From: a virus
Lineage: Duplodnaviria > Caudoviricetes
DNA: 42,223 nucleotides
Virus record (IMG/VR): IMGVR_UViG_3300009678_000088
Span: 1 to 42,223 of that record
Strand: one strand, 5' to 3'
Below the pieces are notes generated by a model. That model had not been told where the DNA came from. It did not search any database and worked only from the letters and a program-made list of their open reading frames with translations. Of the stretch, positions 35,901-42,223 are shown one piece after another; the first letter of the stretch is position 1, and every line of letters begins with the position of its first letter. A program made the position numbers and the translations under genes.

Positions 35901-36709
35901 ATGCCCTTAAGGCCACCGGGGCGATTCCCTAGCTCAGTAGCTGCTTGCTGTAGTGCAGACTCTATTTCTTCTTGTTCATTGCCCGGACGTGTCTTTACCG
36001 GGTAACCCTTCTCGGCGCTTGCTTCCTCATCAGCGAGGCGAATCTTTTCTTTGTTCTCTTCCAGAATCTCGGAGGTGCGGAAGGCAATGTGTACCTGCCG
36101 CTTGGCCTCTTCCTCGGTCATTCGGTAACCGACTACGTACTCTTTAACCGCGTCCTTGTATGCCTTGTCGAGTTCCTTCTCGGCAAAAGCCTGCGCCGTT
36201 TCGGGGCTAAGGTGGTATTCCTGTATTGCATCTTTAACAATACTGTCTCGCAGCTTGTTGAACGTAAGGGCATGGCCCACGCCAAACTCTTCTAGCTGCT
36301 TTGCTTCCTTCTCATCAACGTAAGGCACGGTGCTGTTACGTATAATAGTCTTGTTCTTTGGGCTAGTAGGCTGTGATAGACGAGCGTACCGCTTTTCTTC
36401 TTCTGTCCGCAGTATGTTCTTGCGGTACATAGTTACCCACTTGTCTACCTTCTCGGCAGGGGGCTTGTCATTGAAAGCAGCTAGCGTGTCTATACGGTTA
36501 GTCTCGCGCGCTATGGTCATGCGCTCGGCATCCTTACGCATCTGGACTAGAGAGAGCTTATCCTCTAGCTCTTGCCGTTTACGCGCCTCTTCTCGCTGGC
36601 GCTTGACAACATCAGCTTCCCGGTTATAACCAGAAACCCATGAGGGTCGGCGTATTTTCTTGTCAGTGAAGAACCGTTGCGTGCTTCCGGGGTCGTCTAT
36701 AAGAGCCAT
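29963..36709 (-). CDS. giant internal virion/DNA-ejection (polyvalent-like) protein with HExxH zincin motif
   Basis: 2248 aa, helical, Ala/Glu-rich; GTIMHELEH...HPVEVPAY; two short HeH/Rho-N-like segments; Gly-rich hydrophobic helices typical of ejection proteins. Confidence 0.75.
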   Translation of the reverse strand: MALIDDPGSTQRFFTDKKIRRPSWVSGYNREADVVKRQREEARKRQELEDKLSLVQMRKDAERMTIARETNRIDTLAAFNDKPPAEKVDKWVTMYRKNILRTEEEKRYARLSQPTSPKNKTIIRNSTVPYVDEKEAKQLEEFGVGHALTFNKLRDSIVKDAIQEYHLSPETAQAFAEKELDKAYKDAVKEYVVGYRMTEEEAKRQVHIAFRTSEILEENKEKIRLADEEASAEKGYPVKTRPGNEQEEIESALQQAATELGNRPGGLKGMGLSTIESLAPAAKLIGGLPIIPTLEYEGKSPIGITTVADGLRRHEETRQIYEPVTRKVVSQVILPSLAATAAAVPYAAEQTLALTGADTRGLVSDDIYNTITSEVAEDIATELLNPVDLTIALPFAFMGAGSVAAKGASKAAIAARFTSELIGTGMEPTMVRGFLRSVGNIGKYGPRAITSVPDVIRASPHFRQAFSNVVTDLANGAKATQVDMNPQELQQWRRIIKDLVQGDESYETLRTKYADISPQLVDEILLSAERHTGRDALEIITTEERSDLARRLDRGLDANAMAEDKFDAALAFVESKYPNFLKRATKVELVDANDPRLLGNKGVTFTKESKFNDPSLEPAAPGTVFIATDDFRSVHNYVGTIMHELEHVRDITKKPELANMAVPEGLKFDDYVAHPVEVPAYKAEQLAQARYQEFLTAYRKGGDPKGKKVWTKLRLNVNDDELDQLLSARHKWQFKNTERGGSRNISGRLSKDTQRVMRSLEKGEQVDFNVLKATAASEGMRTGKKTTKDDVLNYLSIKNRHRKNGLSDRTASMLAHVQTSPRKAPPPIARTSPDRELLTKAERKLAKLEAEEAGKPIKAFDEDTLEKHQFPEIPNRKVGGASIKQPKNIEEAKALNDRVDDELDNIAEKMDETESDSAFAKLEERQSELDEFKSGLDDFIESVEDYNKSISSAVKTREKTRKSTALLRQEIEDYERPVQESVSLGADRYSAQELREIAAELGVEVSPSWGKGTLVNRIEEAAGRLDDQKASEMVQRKLREKTNKLLVKNSTIPLTRSPVSSNRAIVPYDQTPTRQFPSGHGPNFIMVEDTPPQTIDDVAAVRQPEDGALARFVDLDEMADEVKQVKGRGMRTLLHDVGFGLVNSNFLTAGRPAQLKAAHQQRISRIDNMVDVALTAKLDGFTQAFTGRNPLWRVVDGRVKNVRSLNPGASMELGDILSQPGMYKLNKKQEDYVRAVHSLMGEAEELRGEAGLPVRSLTGQWLGEGDEALYYVPRQATNVHGITPARPSNPNLARSYESQLAGREHGIDYSTNMREVLRSNLASNYYEVAQKQYSDALAEYAIKPRQIVEMKNPGMLDRLEDAKDVYRKARENLARWSVPRAGEPRVEMKLREKWRSNRLAAADELDAARTELKAVAQDYSAQLKKAKQPQIIYEADGETMVFKSWQNRYFPQEVADELRAMEGTLGIPEESVWKGAQVVEEVGNMTRFLSSFADFGVMFIHGLPTLADNPVAWGRAAANSFAAFADPKVRARLIRDHLPTYKEMARYGIPIGDSEFFTEIEAGRIPKFFGDRIEQVAGGTTRRVGQEVGRQTVGRFQSQYNVYLGYSRALIWEALKEQYPNKSELAGYIKNLTGGLDSAELGIKGTQRGLESVFLAFSPKLLRSTIGLTFRATQLQTKSGRRAFRSLGTLAAGAAGIYIAAGLADGRDWEEIEQGLNPLNGKRFMSYNVNGDWIGVGGQVRSIAQLMGAIAQPALSETGLVEGKGLADYSKFGDASLYDNPLLQFYASRGATGMSVVGGGLEGITGEDFLPYTEISSPSDYIDHIGTSALPFAVQGALEGERTETILAGLLGMRTSAGTPVEKAEAMFEIKYNRPYNPESPADRRVMKEDETLQAIRESGDETLLSALSDIPGFGNVLLTVGANRQAGDLMQPTDYEVKKAKLDNTLAELEEESGLLEVVQKAAGGDSAAASQYGRWRADYLKQANGAKHEFYQDTEFGDAKTPAGAVMNEYWTLDPLDYIVGGEPDIERYEKAREAILSAGLARGDITAEDIDAVKERDRFISQEINDFDDRYRTAKESRNVITKSSEEVAAKMEATPKYVGLTSVEEVEQVDQIVDTAGVISALVRLSGESIAKNEVIAMLMASGAVTQNVGVVAFFRATAGLDKLVWNSERDQMLEDHKDDIEAKVLANPDIAFMYKSMWDKMDMAAQLEWIEQNPDKTPPGPTKEEEETEEDDIYTALTSLFGE

Positions 36710-36720
36710 TTAACCTCAGT

Positions 36721-36764
36721 AAAAAAAATAGGGGGCAGGGTGGAGAGCGCTACCCCACCCCCTG
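36721..36764 (-). terminator. Rho-independent terminator inside the late operon
   Basis: GC-rich stem (AGGGGG..GGGTGG/CTACCC..CCCCCT) followed on the - strand by T8. Confidence 0.75.
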
Positions 36765-36774
36765 TAGGAAATGT

Positions 36775-37533
36775 CTAAAGGATTCCAGTCGGAGTTACCT
36801 CTTGAATTTTTTTCAGGAAAGCGTCGGGTGAAAGACCACCGCCCTTCTGCGAGTCACCTACACCGTAGGCACTGGTCAATAGTGTCTGTCCAGACTCTTC
36901 CCCCTGCATGAATTGTCGTGCTACCTGATGTGCTCCTTTAAGGCCCACGACTCCGCGGTCGCCCTGAATATCAATACGTCCGTTTACACCAGTAAGGCCG
37001 GTTAGGGCATTCTCTAGACGCCCTTCCTGAATCTGTGCTTCGCGTAATGGAGCCATACCGCCAAACTTCTCCGAGCCGGGGACTAGGCTTCCGCCCTTAC
37101 CAAGACCGAACAAGACAGCGGTAACGGGGTCTTTGCCCATCATCTCTGCGAAAATCTTTTGCTGCTCAAACTTAAGCTGCTCCTGCTCACGAATGCGCCG
37201 GAGTCTTTCTTCTTCCTGCAACATAGCCATCTGCGACTCACGCTGTAGCCGCGCGGCTTCCTGTGCGGAAATCATACCTAGCTGGTGCTGTAGGCGAATC
37301 TGCTCCATCTCGGAGTTGTGTGCTTGGGCTAGTCCGGCGCTGGTGGTAGAGAAGGATTCAGCCTGACCTGAGTTACCAGCCATGAACTGCTTAATCATCT
37401 CCAGCATATCATCCATAGAAAGAGCACTACCGCTTCCGGTTCCGGCCGTGTATGTTCTGCTGGTGCCTGTTCCACCCAACCCGACGCCACCACGTCTTGG
37501 CGGATTAGAACTAGGCGGGGCTGGAATTGCCAT
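36775..37533 (-). CDS. putative internal virion/ejection protein
   Basis: Gly/Gln/Ala-rich with a coiled coil; GGAGG SD. Confidence 0.55.
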   Translation of the reverse strand: MAIPAPPSSNPPRRGGVGLGGTGTSRTYTAGTGSGSALSMDDMLEMIKQFMAGNSGQAESFSTTSAGLAQAHNSEMEQIRLQHQLGMISAQEAARLQRESQMAMLQEEERLRRIREQEQLKFEQQKIFAEMMGKDPVTAVLFGLGKGGSLVPGSEKFGGMAPLREAQIQEGRLENALTGLTGVNGRIDIQGDRGVVGLKGAHQVARQFMQGEESGQTLLTSAYGVGDSQKGGGLSPDAFLKKIQEVTPTGIL

Positions 37534-37885
37534 CGGTTACCTCCTGTAGAAGCGCATGCATATCCTGCATCTGTCCCTTTTTCAATTTGTGTTCCTGTGC
37601 TTTAATACTTTCTAAGAAGTCTTTGCGAATCAGGACTCGTCCGTCATTAGTCGTCTTAACCGCGTCGGCTAGCACACCTTTCCATCCCTCCACATTGTCT
37701 CGAACTGCTAGATAGTCCTCTTGCATCTGCTCGTCGCTGGCTTTCTTTGCACGGTAAGGTGCTTCGCCTAGGGCGCCGAACAAGTCTTTTCTCTTACTGT
37801 ACAGGCGCTGGGCAACCGCTTCTACACGGGTGTCCCAACGCTCGGTAATATTCTTTGGCGTCTTCTGTATACGCTTCTCTATCAT
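37511..37885 (-). CDS. hypothetical protein
   Basis: ATGA-coupled to the portal gene. Confidence 0.65.
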   Translation of the reverse strand: MIEKRIQKTPKNITERWDTRVEAVAQRLYSKRKDLFGALGEAPYRAKKASDEQMQEDYLAVRDNVEGWKGVLADAVKTTNDGRVLIRKDFLESIKAQEHKLKKGQMQDMHALLQEVTDGNSSPA

Positions 37886-39777
37886 TCGGACTCCGCTAGT
37901 GGTGTTCCGGGCTGCGGCTGCTCTTTAGGCGTAAGCAGTCCTCGCGGAGCTAGGGTCTGTGGTGCTCCGCCTTCGGGGAAGGGGCCACGGCCTAATCCTT
38001 CCCCTTCCATACCCGCTGGTGGTGCCATACCCGGTTGGACGCCTGCCATCGCCTGCAAGGCTTGTAGTGCCGCAGGGGAAACCGTATTCGGGTCGAGGTT
38101 TGCAATCTCTTGGTATTCATCTTCGTCAATCAGAACGTCCAGCCGCTGTAGTGCTTCTTTCATAAATCGTTCCTTCACGACGGGCAAGTTCTCAAGTTCT
38201 TCAATCTCTTTCTGCAGCTTCAACGTCGCAGGGTCTTCGATGTCCACAAGGTTCTCCATCCACCACACGTCGGGCAATCCGAGTTCCTTAGCCATCTTCG
38301 CAGTACCCAAGTCCTGTGCCCTATCGACGGGAGACTTCGGCTCGATACTGGCGCTGATACGGCCGCGGGCTACCTTAGCCTGTGCGGGTGTAATAGAAAC
38401 GCCGTCAATCATTACTTCCTCACCAAGTTGTTCCACTCCACGGAGGAAGCAGTCCATCACGTCTACGGCGCCCATTGCCATGTGCTGGCTAATCGGGGTC
38501 AGCTTCGACCGCGCTACGTTAATACGTAGGTTCACTTGGAACGCTGGTGCGCTACCCTGTACCCGGCCAAATAGCACGTCCTCTAGGGTGTGGCGCTGGA
38601 TGATGTCGTCTAGTTCAGTGATTAGGCGCTCGGCGTCAAAGAACTGCTGGGGCATTGGCAGAGGCTGTAGGTCTTCATCTGCAAACTTACTAGTAACACC
38701 TCCCAAGTTAACGCGGAGCTTGGGCCGGTCTCGACCCTCGTACGCCGCGGCAGACTCTGAACTAGTCCATACGTAGCTAGGCATGTAGTAAGTCCATACC
38801 ATTGTCGCAAGCCGCGAAATGAGAAAATCGTAGCCGACTAGGGCATCCTTTGCGTCTGCGAGGAAGGACTTAAACTTCTCCGCGTAGTTAGACAATTCGG
38901 TCTTCATGCCCGGAATCATTACGACGGGGCATCTACCCAGCCCGTGCTTCCAGACGCGGAGCTTTCGGTAATCGTTGAAAACCACTGGTGAACTGGCCTC
39001 GGTGTTGTGGTCACTAGGACTCGTGCTTACGAGGAAATAACCTACGTACTCCGTGTCCGTGTACTCAACGACGGAAAGCTCGTCGAACCAGTTAATGGCG
39101 TTCTGTGAAATCAGTTCCTGCACCACCGCCGAGTTCATATCCTCAGCGAGAATCTTAGCCATTACTTTCTTGACCTCGATACTAGCGATGCACTTGTCGG
39201 AATTGTCTAGGAGTGCAAGCACGTCCATTGCAGGAATGTGCTGTATAACAAAGGGGAACTTCCCTTCGTCCTCTTTCCACTTGCGGATGCGCTTCATGTA
39301 AGTGGCGCTGCCTTCGTTCTCTTTGCGGACGGGGTATCCTGCCTGAATCGTCCATACGTTAGGAAGCGGCAGTGCCTTAAGGAAGGCATATCCGACACCG
39401 AGAAGGTCACGGCCAACGCGGGGCCAGAAGTCGTTACGCATTAGCTGCTGCTCGAAAATCTTAGCGCATGCGTGTTCTACTTGGTCTGACTCTAGTCCGG
39501 CCTCAGTCGTTAGCTCTGATGGTTCCATATGGAACGACGGCATTGCCATTAGCAAGCCGTTAGCATGTTCGATGATTCCACCCGCACGGCCTGAGTGAAT
39601 TACCAGTGGCTCAATGTCACGGGCATCATTCGGGTCTAGCGTCTCAATGTCGTTACGCTGGTGGATAATATCACTAATCTCTTGTGCTACACCGTGGGCC
39701 TCTGACCAGTCTTTGGTCAGCTTAAGGTGCAGCGCCTGTACGGTCGCGGCCGTAGGTTCTGGTAAGAATGTTGCCAT
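37882..39777 (-). CDS. portal protein
   Basis: 631 aa, immediately after TerL; WKHGLGRCPVV motif; Pro/Gly/Gln-rich C-tail. Confidence 0.85.
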   Translation of the reverse strand: MATFLPEPTAATVQALHLKLTKDWSEAHGVAQEISDIIHQRNDIETLDPNDARDIEPLVIHSGRAGGIIEHANGLLMAMPSFHMEPSELTTEAGLESDQVEHACAKIFEQQLMRNDFWPRVGRDLLGVGYAFLKALPLPNVWTIQAGYPVRKENEGSATYMKRIRKWKEDEGKFPFVIQHIPAMDVLALLDNSDKCIASIEVKKVMAKILAEDMNSAVVQELISQNAINWFDELSVVEYTDTEYVGYFLVSTSPSDHNTEASSPVVFNDYRKLRVWKHGLGRCPVVMIPGMKTELSNYAEKFKSFLADAKDALVGYDFLISRLATMVWTYYMPSYVWTSSESAAAYEGRDRPKLRVNLGGVTSKFADEDLQPLPMPQQFFDAERLITELDDIIQRHTLEDVLFGRVQGSAPAFQVNLRINVARSKLTPISQHMAMGAVDVMDCFLRGVEQLGEEVMIDGVSITPAQAKVARGRISASIEPKSPVDRAQDLGTAKMAKELGLPDVWWMENLVDIEDPATLKLQKEIEELENLPVVKERFMKEALQRLDVLIDEDEYQEIANLDPNTVSPAALQALQAMAGVQPGMAPPAGMEGEGLGRGPFPEGGAPQTLAPRGLLTPKEQPQPGTPLAESE

Positions 39778-41186
39778 TAGCGCATCTCCAATCGGTACTC
39801 CGGCCGATTAATGTACCGGTCGGGGTGCCTCATCTTAGTAAGATTATCCACTAGTATAAATAGTGCGTCTATGTCGTCGTCGTGTCCTGTGTATCCAAAG
39901 TGTGTCAATTCGTATTCAGCGTCGGGGAACCACTCTGCGAACTTGGGGAAGATAAGGTGCCCTGACTGTAGGAAGGTGGCAATTACATTTGCCCTTGGGT
40001 TTTTTCCGCCACCCGTTGGTGAGACGGTAGTAATCGGAAGATGTGGGTTAGTTTGCTTTAGCGTTTCCACAGCAGGTGTACCAGCAGCCGAGTCTTCTAC
40101 CCATATGCCAGCACAGTGCCAGTCTATGGATGAGTCATTGACGTTTATCATTAGCTCTGGTAAGAGCCAGCGTCCTTTCTTCCGTTCTAGTACGAAGATG
40201 CGGCCGAACCTGTCCATCCCGCCTATATAGCCTACGGAGAAGTCGTTCTGCTGTTTATCCTTAAGGGCGGTGTCCCAGCCGGCGCCTACGAGTAGCTTGC
40301 GGGCTTCACGGACGTAGCGAGGGTCATCATCATACGTCGGCACCTTGCTAATCATCTGTGCCTCACCGCCTGTAGTATCCCCCTGATACTGCGTTGCGAA
40401 CATGGCGGGGTGCTGGTTCTTACGTTCTACTAGCAGGGAAATCGGGTATTCTTCGGGCCAGTACGACTCACCCTTCTCATTAATAGCCGGGATATGTATC
40501 TTCTTCCAGCCTTTTTGCAGCAGAAGACGGCCAATAAAGTCCTTGTCTGACCAGCGGGTGCCAATAACTAGCTGCCACGAGTCCGAGGTCATGCGTGTAA
40601 GGATGGCGTCGGCATAGTTTTTCCAAACTTTGTCGAGGAAAGCCCCAGTTGCGCTGTTCTTCTGGTCGTGCGCGTCGTCAATCAGTAGTCCGTTCAGTCT
40701 ATAAGCAACGACGGCCGACATGGTTCCCCCGGCGCGAAGCGTCGGGTGTGGGTCTGTAGGGTCTGGACGCTGAACTTGCCATACTGCTACTCCCCACTTC
40801 TTCTTTTCGGGGCGAATCTTCGGAAAAACTAGCTGATACGGGAGGGATTCGGTGATAATGCGCTTAATGGCGCCTGACCTATCCCAGCCTACGGCATCCG
40901 AATAGCTAAGAAGTCCAGTATGTCGTTCAGGATAGCGGCCCACCATCCACGATATGAATAAAACACCGATTAATGTCGTCTTTCCTGACCCCGGTGGGGC
41001 TATAATGATGTACTTCTTGCCTGCGGGGGCGTCCCCAATCTTTTGTGCAGCTTCTAACCACAGTTCTTGGTGCTGCGGGGGGTCAATGTTGCCTACGAAA
41101 CGCACAAATTCCTGGAAATTAGTCCGGGCAAGTGCGGCGCGGGCTAGAATCTCCTGCCCACGCAAAGTCTTTTCGATATTCGCCAA
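39777..41186 (-). CDS. terL: terminase large subunit
   Basis: IAPPGSGKTT Walker A, LLIDD Walker B, IGTRWS, QYQG, GWDTA..DFSV, HDDDIDA nuclease motifs. Confidence 0.95.
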   Translation of the reverse strand: MANIEKTLRGQEILARAALARTNFQEFVRFVGNIDPPQHQELWLEAAQKIGDAPAGKKYIIIAPPGSGKTTLIGVLFISWMVGRYPERHTGLLSYSDAVGWDRSGAIKRIITESLPYQLVFPKIRPEKKKWGVAVWQVQRPDPTDPHPTLRAGGTMSAVVAYRLNGLLIDDAHDQKNSATGAFLDKVWKNYADAILTRMTSDSWQLVIGTRWSDKDFIGRLLLQKGWKKIHIPAINEKGESYWPEEYPISLLVERKNQHPAMFATQYQGDTTGGEAQMISKVPTYDDDPRYVREARKLLVGAGWDTALKDKQQNDFSVGYIGGMDRFGRIFVLERKKGRWLLPELMINVNDSSIDWHCAGIWVEDSAAGTPAVETLKQTNPHLPITTVSPTGGGKNPRANVIATFLQSGHLIFPKFAEWFPDAEYELTHFGYTGHDDDIDALFILVDNLTKMRHPDRYINRPEYRLEMR

Positions 41187-41618
41187 CTAGAATCCCCTAG
41201 CTAGTAAATGCTGCTGCTCCTCTGACGTCAGGTTATCTACCTGAGCCGCCATTGTGCTGGCCTCTCGGTCGCTGGCAATCTGTCCGGCCTTAAGAATCTG
41301 CTCAGCCGCCCAAATCGCAGCCTTAAGCTGGGACGAGACGACTCCCGGTTCTCCACCGTGGTCAGCGATGCTCTGAATATTTCCAATATTTTGTACTAAG
41401 TTTGTCCTTAGTAATTCTACCGCCTGCTCAGTCACGGATGCGCGAAGTTCTTGGAGTCGGGCTTGGAACGCGGGCTGCTTCTTCCAAACACAGATGGTTT
41501 TCTCGGTCTTATCAAGACTGCGAGCAATGTCAGCCCCTGTTCGGCCCTCCACCATCATTAGCGCGGCTCGCTCCTGTGCTGGCGACAGTTCTCGGTATTC
41601 TGTTTCTAGTACGGCCAA
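41187..41618 (-). CDS. terS: terminase small subunit (N-terminal HTH)
   Basis: LSPAQERAALMM..GADIARSLDKTEKTICVWKKQPAF HTH; directly upstream of TerL. Confidence 0.75.
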   Translation of the reverse strand: MAVLETEYRELSPAQERAALMMVEGRTGADIARSLDKTEKTICVWKKQPAFQARLQELRASVTEQAVELLRTNLVQNIGNIQSIADHGGEPGVVSSQLKAAIWAAEQILKAGQIASDREASTMAAQVDNLTSEEQQHLLARGF

Positions 41619-41780
41619 GTTAGTTAATTACAATCGCGGGTGCAGTGTAGCTTCTGCGCCCTGTGGTATGACAACGTGGACAAGTCTCCCGCTTTTCTAC
41701 CTCTAGGTGGGACTTGTTAATGTCGAATGTCTTCCCGCAGTGGGGATTGACGCATTGATATTCATAAATAGCGATTTCAT

Positions 41781-41881
41781 TGCCCTCTCTTTCTAGATGT
41801 AGGGGGAGGTTTTATATATCTATTTTTATTATACCACACCGGCGCGAGTTTGTCAACCCCTATTTCACAATATTTTGTGAA
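41781..41881 (-). promoter_or_regulatory. late promoter cassette, copy B
   Basis: - strand TTGACA(41856-41851)-17 bp-TATAAT(41833-41828), TGTGG; TTGTCAA-N7-TTCACAA-N4-TTGTGAA. Confidence 0.85.
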
Positions 41882-42223
41882 TTCTCAAATCTTTCTACAA
41901 ATTAACCTAATCTGGTAATGAACTTCCGTCTTCGGTGCACTGATGTTAATTGCTTATACAGCAAAAAACCGCCGAAAGTGGAGGTCAGCGCCGCCTAAAA
42001 CCCTGCTATACCGCTTACTAGGGCTACTATTTACTGCGAATTATCTTTTGAAAATGTGGGCATACCTCCCCTTAACTCTCTGACTGCGCGCGCGAAGGGG
42101 TCTGACTTTCCCAACTCCCGGCGTGTCGGGGCGAAATGAGGAAAAACGAGCATTTACTAGTAAATTGGAGGTGGATTGACATTTGTGTATCCACTAACAA
42201 GTGCAATACCCGCAGTAGATTGA

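Noticed and set aside
30087-36629. Many 60-165 aa + strand ORFs opposite the 2248-aa gene
   Set aside because: Ser-rich antisense shadow ORFs with no independent support
41626-41780. Two tiny - strand ORFs (25 and 19 aa) upstream of terS
   Set aside because: Too short to support as genes from sequence alone; they may be leader peptides, but there is no evidence
42176-42205. TTGACA near the right end as a promoter for the 77-355 gene
   Set aside because: No acceptable -10 box at 16-18 bp spacing
1-42223. Stop-codon reassignment, introns/inteins or a diversity-generating retroelement
   Set aside because: Genes are intact in the standard code with TAG, TGA and TAA all used as coupled stops; TerL, PolA and helicase have normal lengths; no reverse transcriptase or TR/VR pair seen

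Overview
The window looks like a complete or nearly complete ~42 kb tailed-phage genome with a podovirus-like layout: there is no tape measure or sheath gene, but there are large internal/ejection proteins. Two gene blocks converge on a bidirectional terminator at ~17.63-17.67 kb. The + strand (1-17.55 kb) carries early/host-takeover and replication genes: an HTH protein, a secreted LPxTG-like protein, a stand-alone PEP-synthase phosphohistidine domain followed by a Cys-rich unknown protein and a Cys-rich CX5R phosphatase, a DinG helicase, a UDG-PolA fusion, an SSB-like protein, a trypsin-like protease, a Cas4-like nuclease, an AAA/Sak4-like ATPase, an ERCC4 nuclease, nucleotide-metabolism genes and a tRNA/tmRNA-like RNA. 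The - strand (41.6-17.7 kb) carries TerS, TerL, portal, ejection proteins (one of 2248 aa with an HExxH motif), scaffold, major capsid, decoration/fibre proteins, holin, amidase endolysin and tail adaptor/nozzle proteins. Extended -10 sigma70 promoters, strong SD sites, an LPxTG motif, an amidase and no visible spanins suggest a monoderm host such as Chloroflexota or Actinomycetota (inference). I recognise no integrase, primase, DnaB helicase, RNA polymerase or CRISPR array. The best candidates for new biology are the promoter-driven phosphohistidine-carrier/phosphatase operon (2.0-5.4 kb), the non-canonical tRNA mimic (16477-16568), and a duplicated ~100-bp late promoter cassette with operator-like palindromes and leader terminators. 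All family assignments come from reading motifs by eye; no database searches were run.
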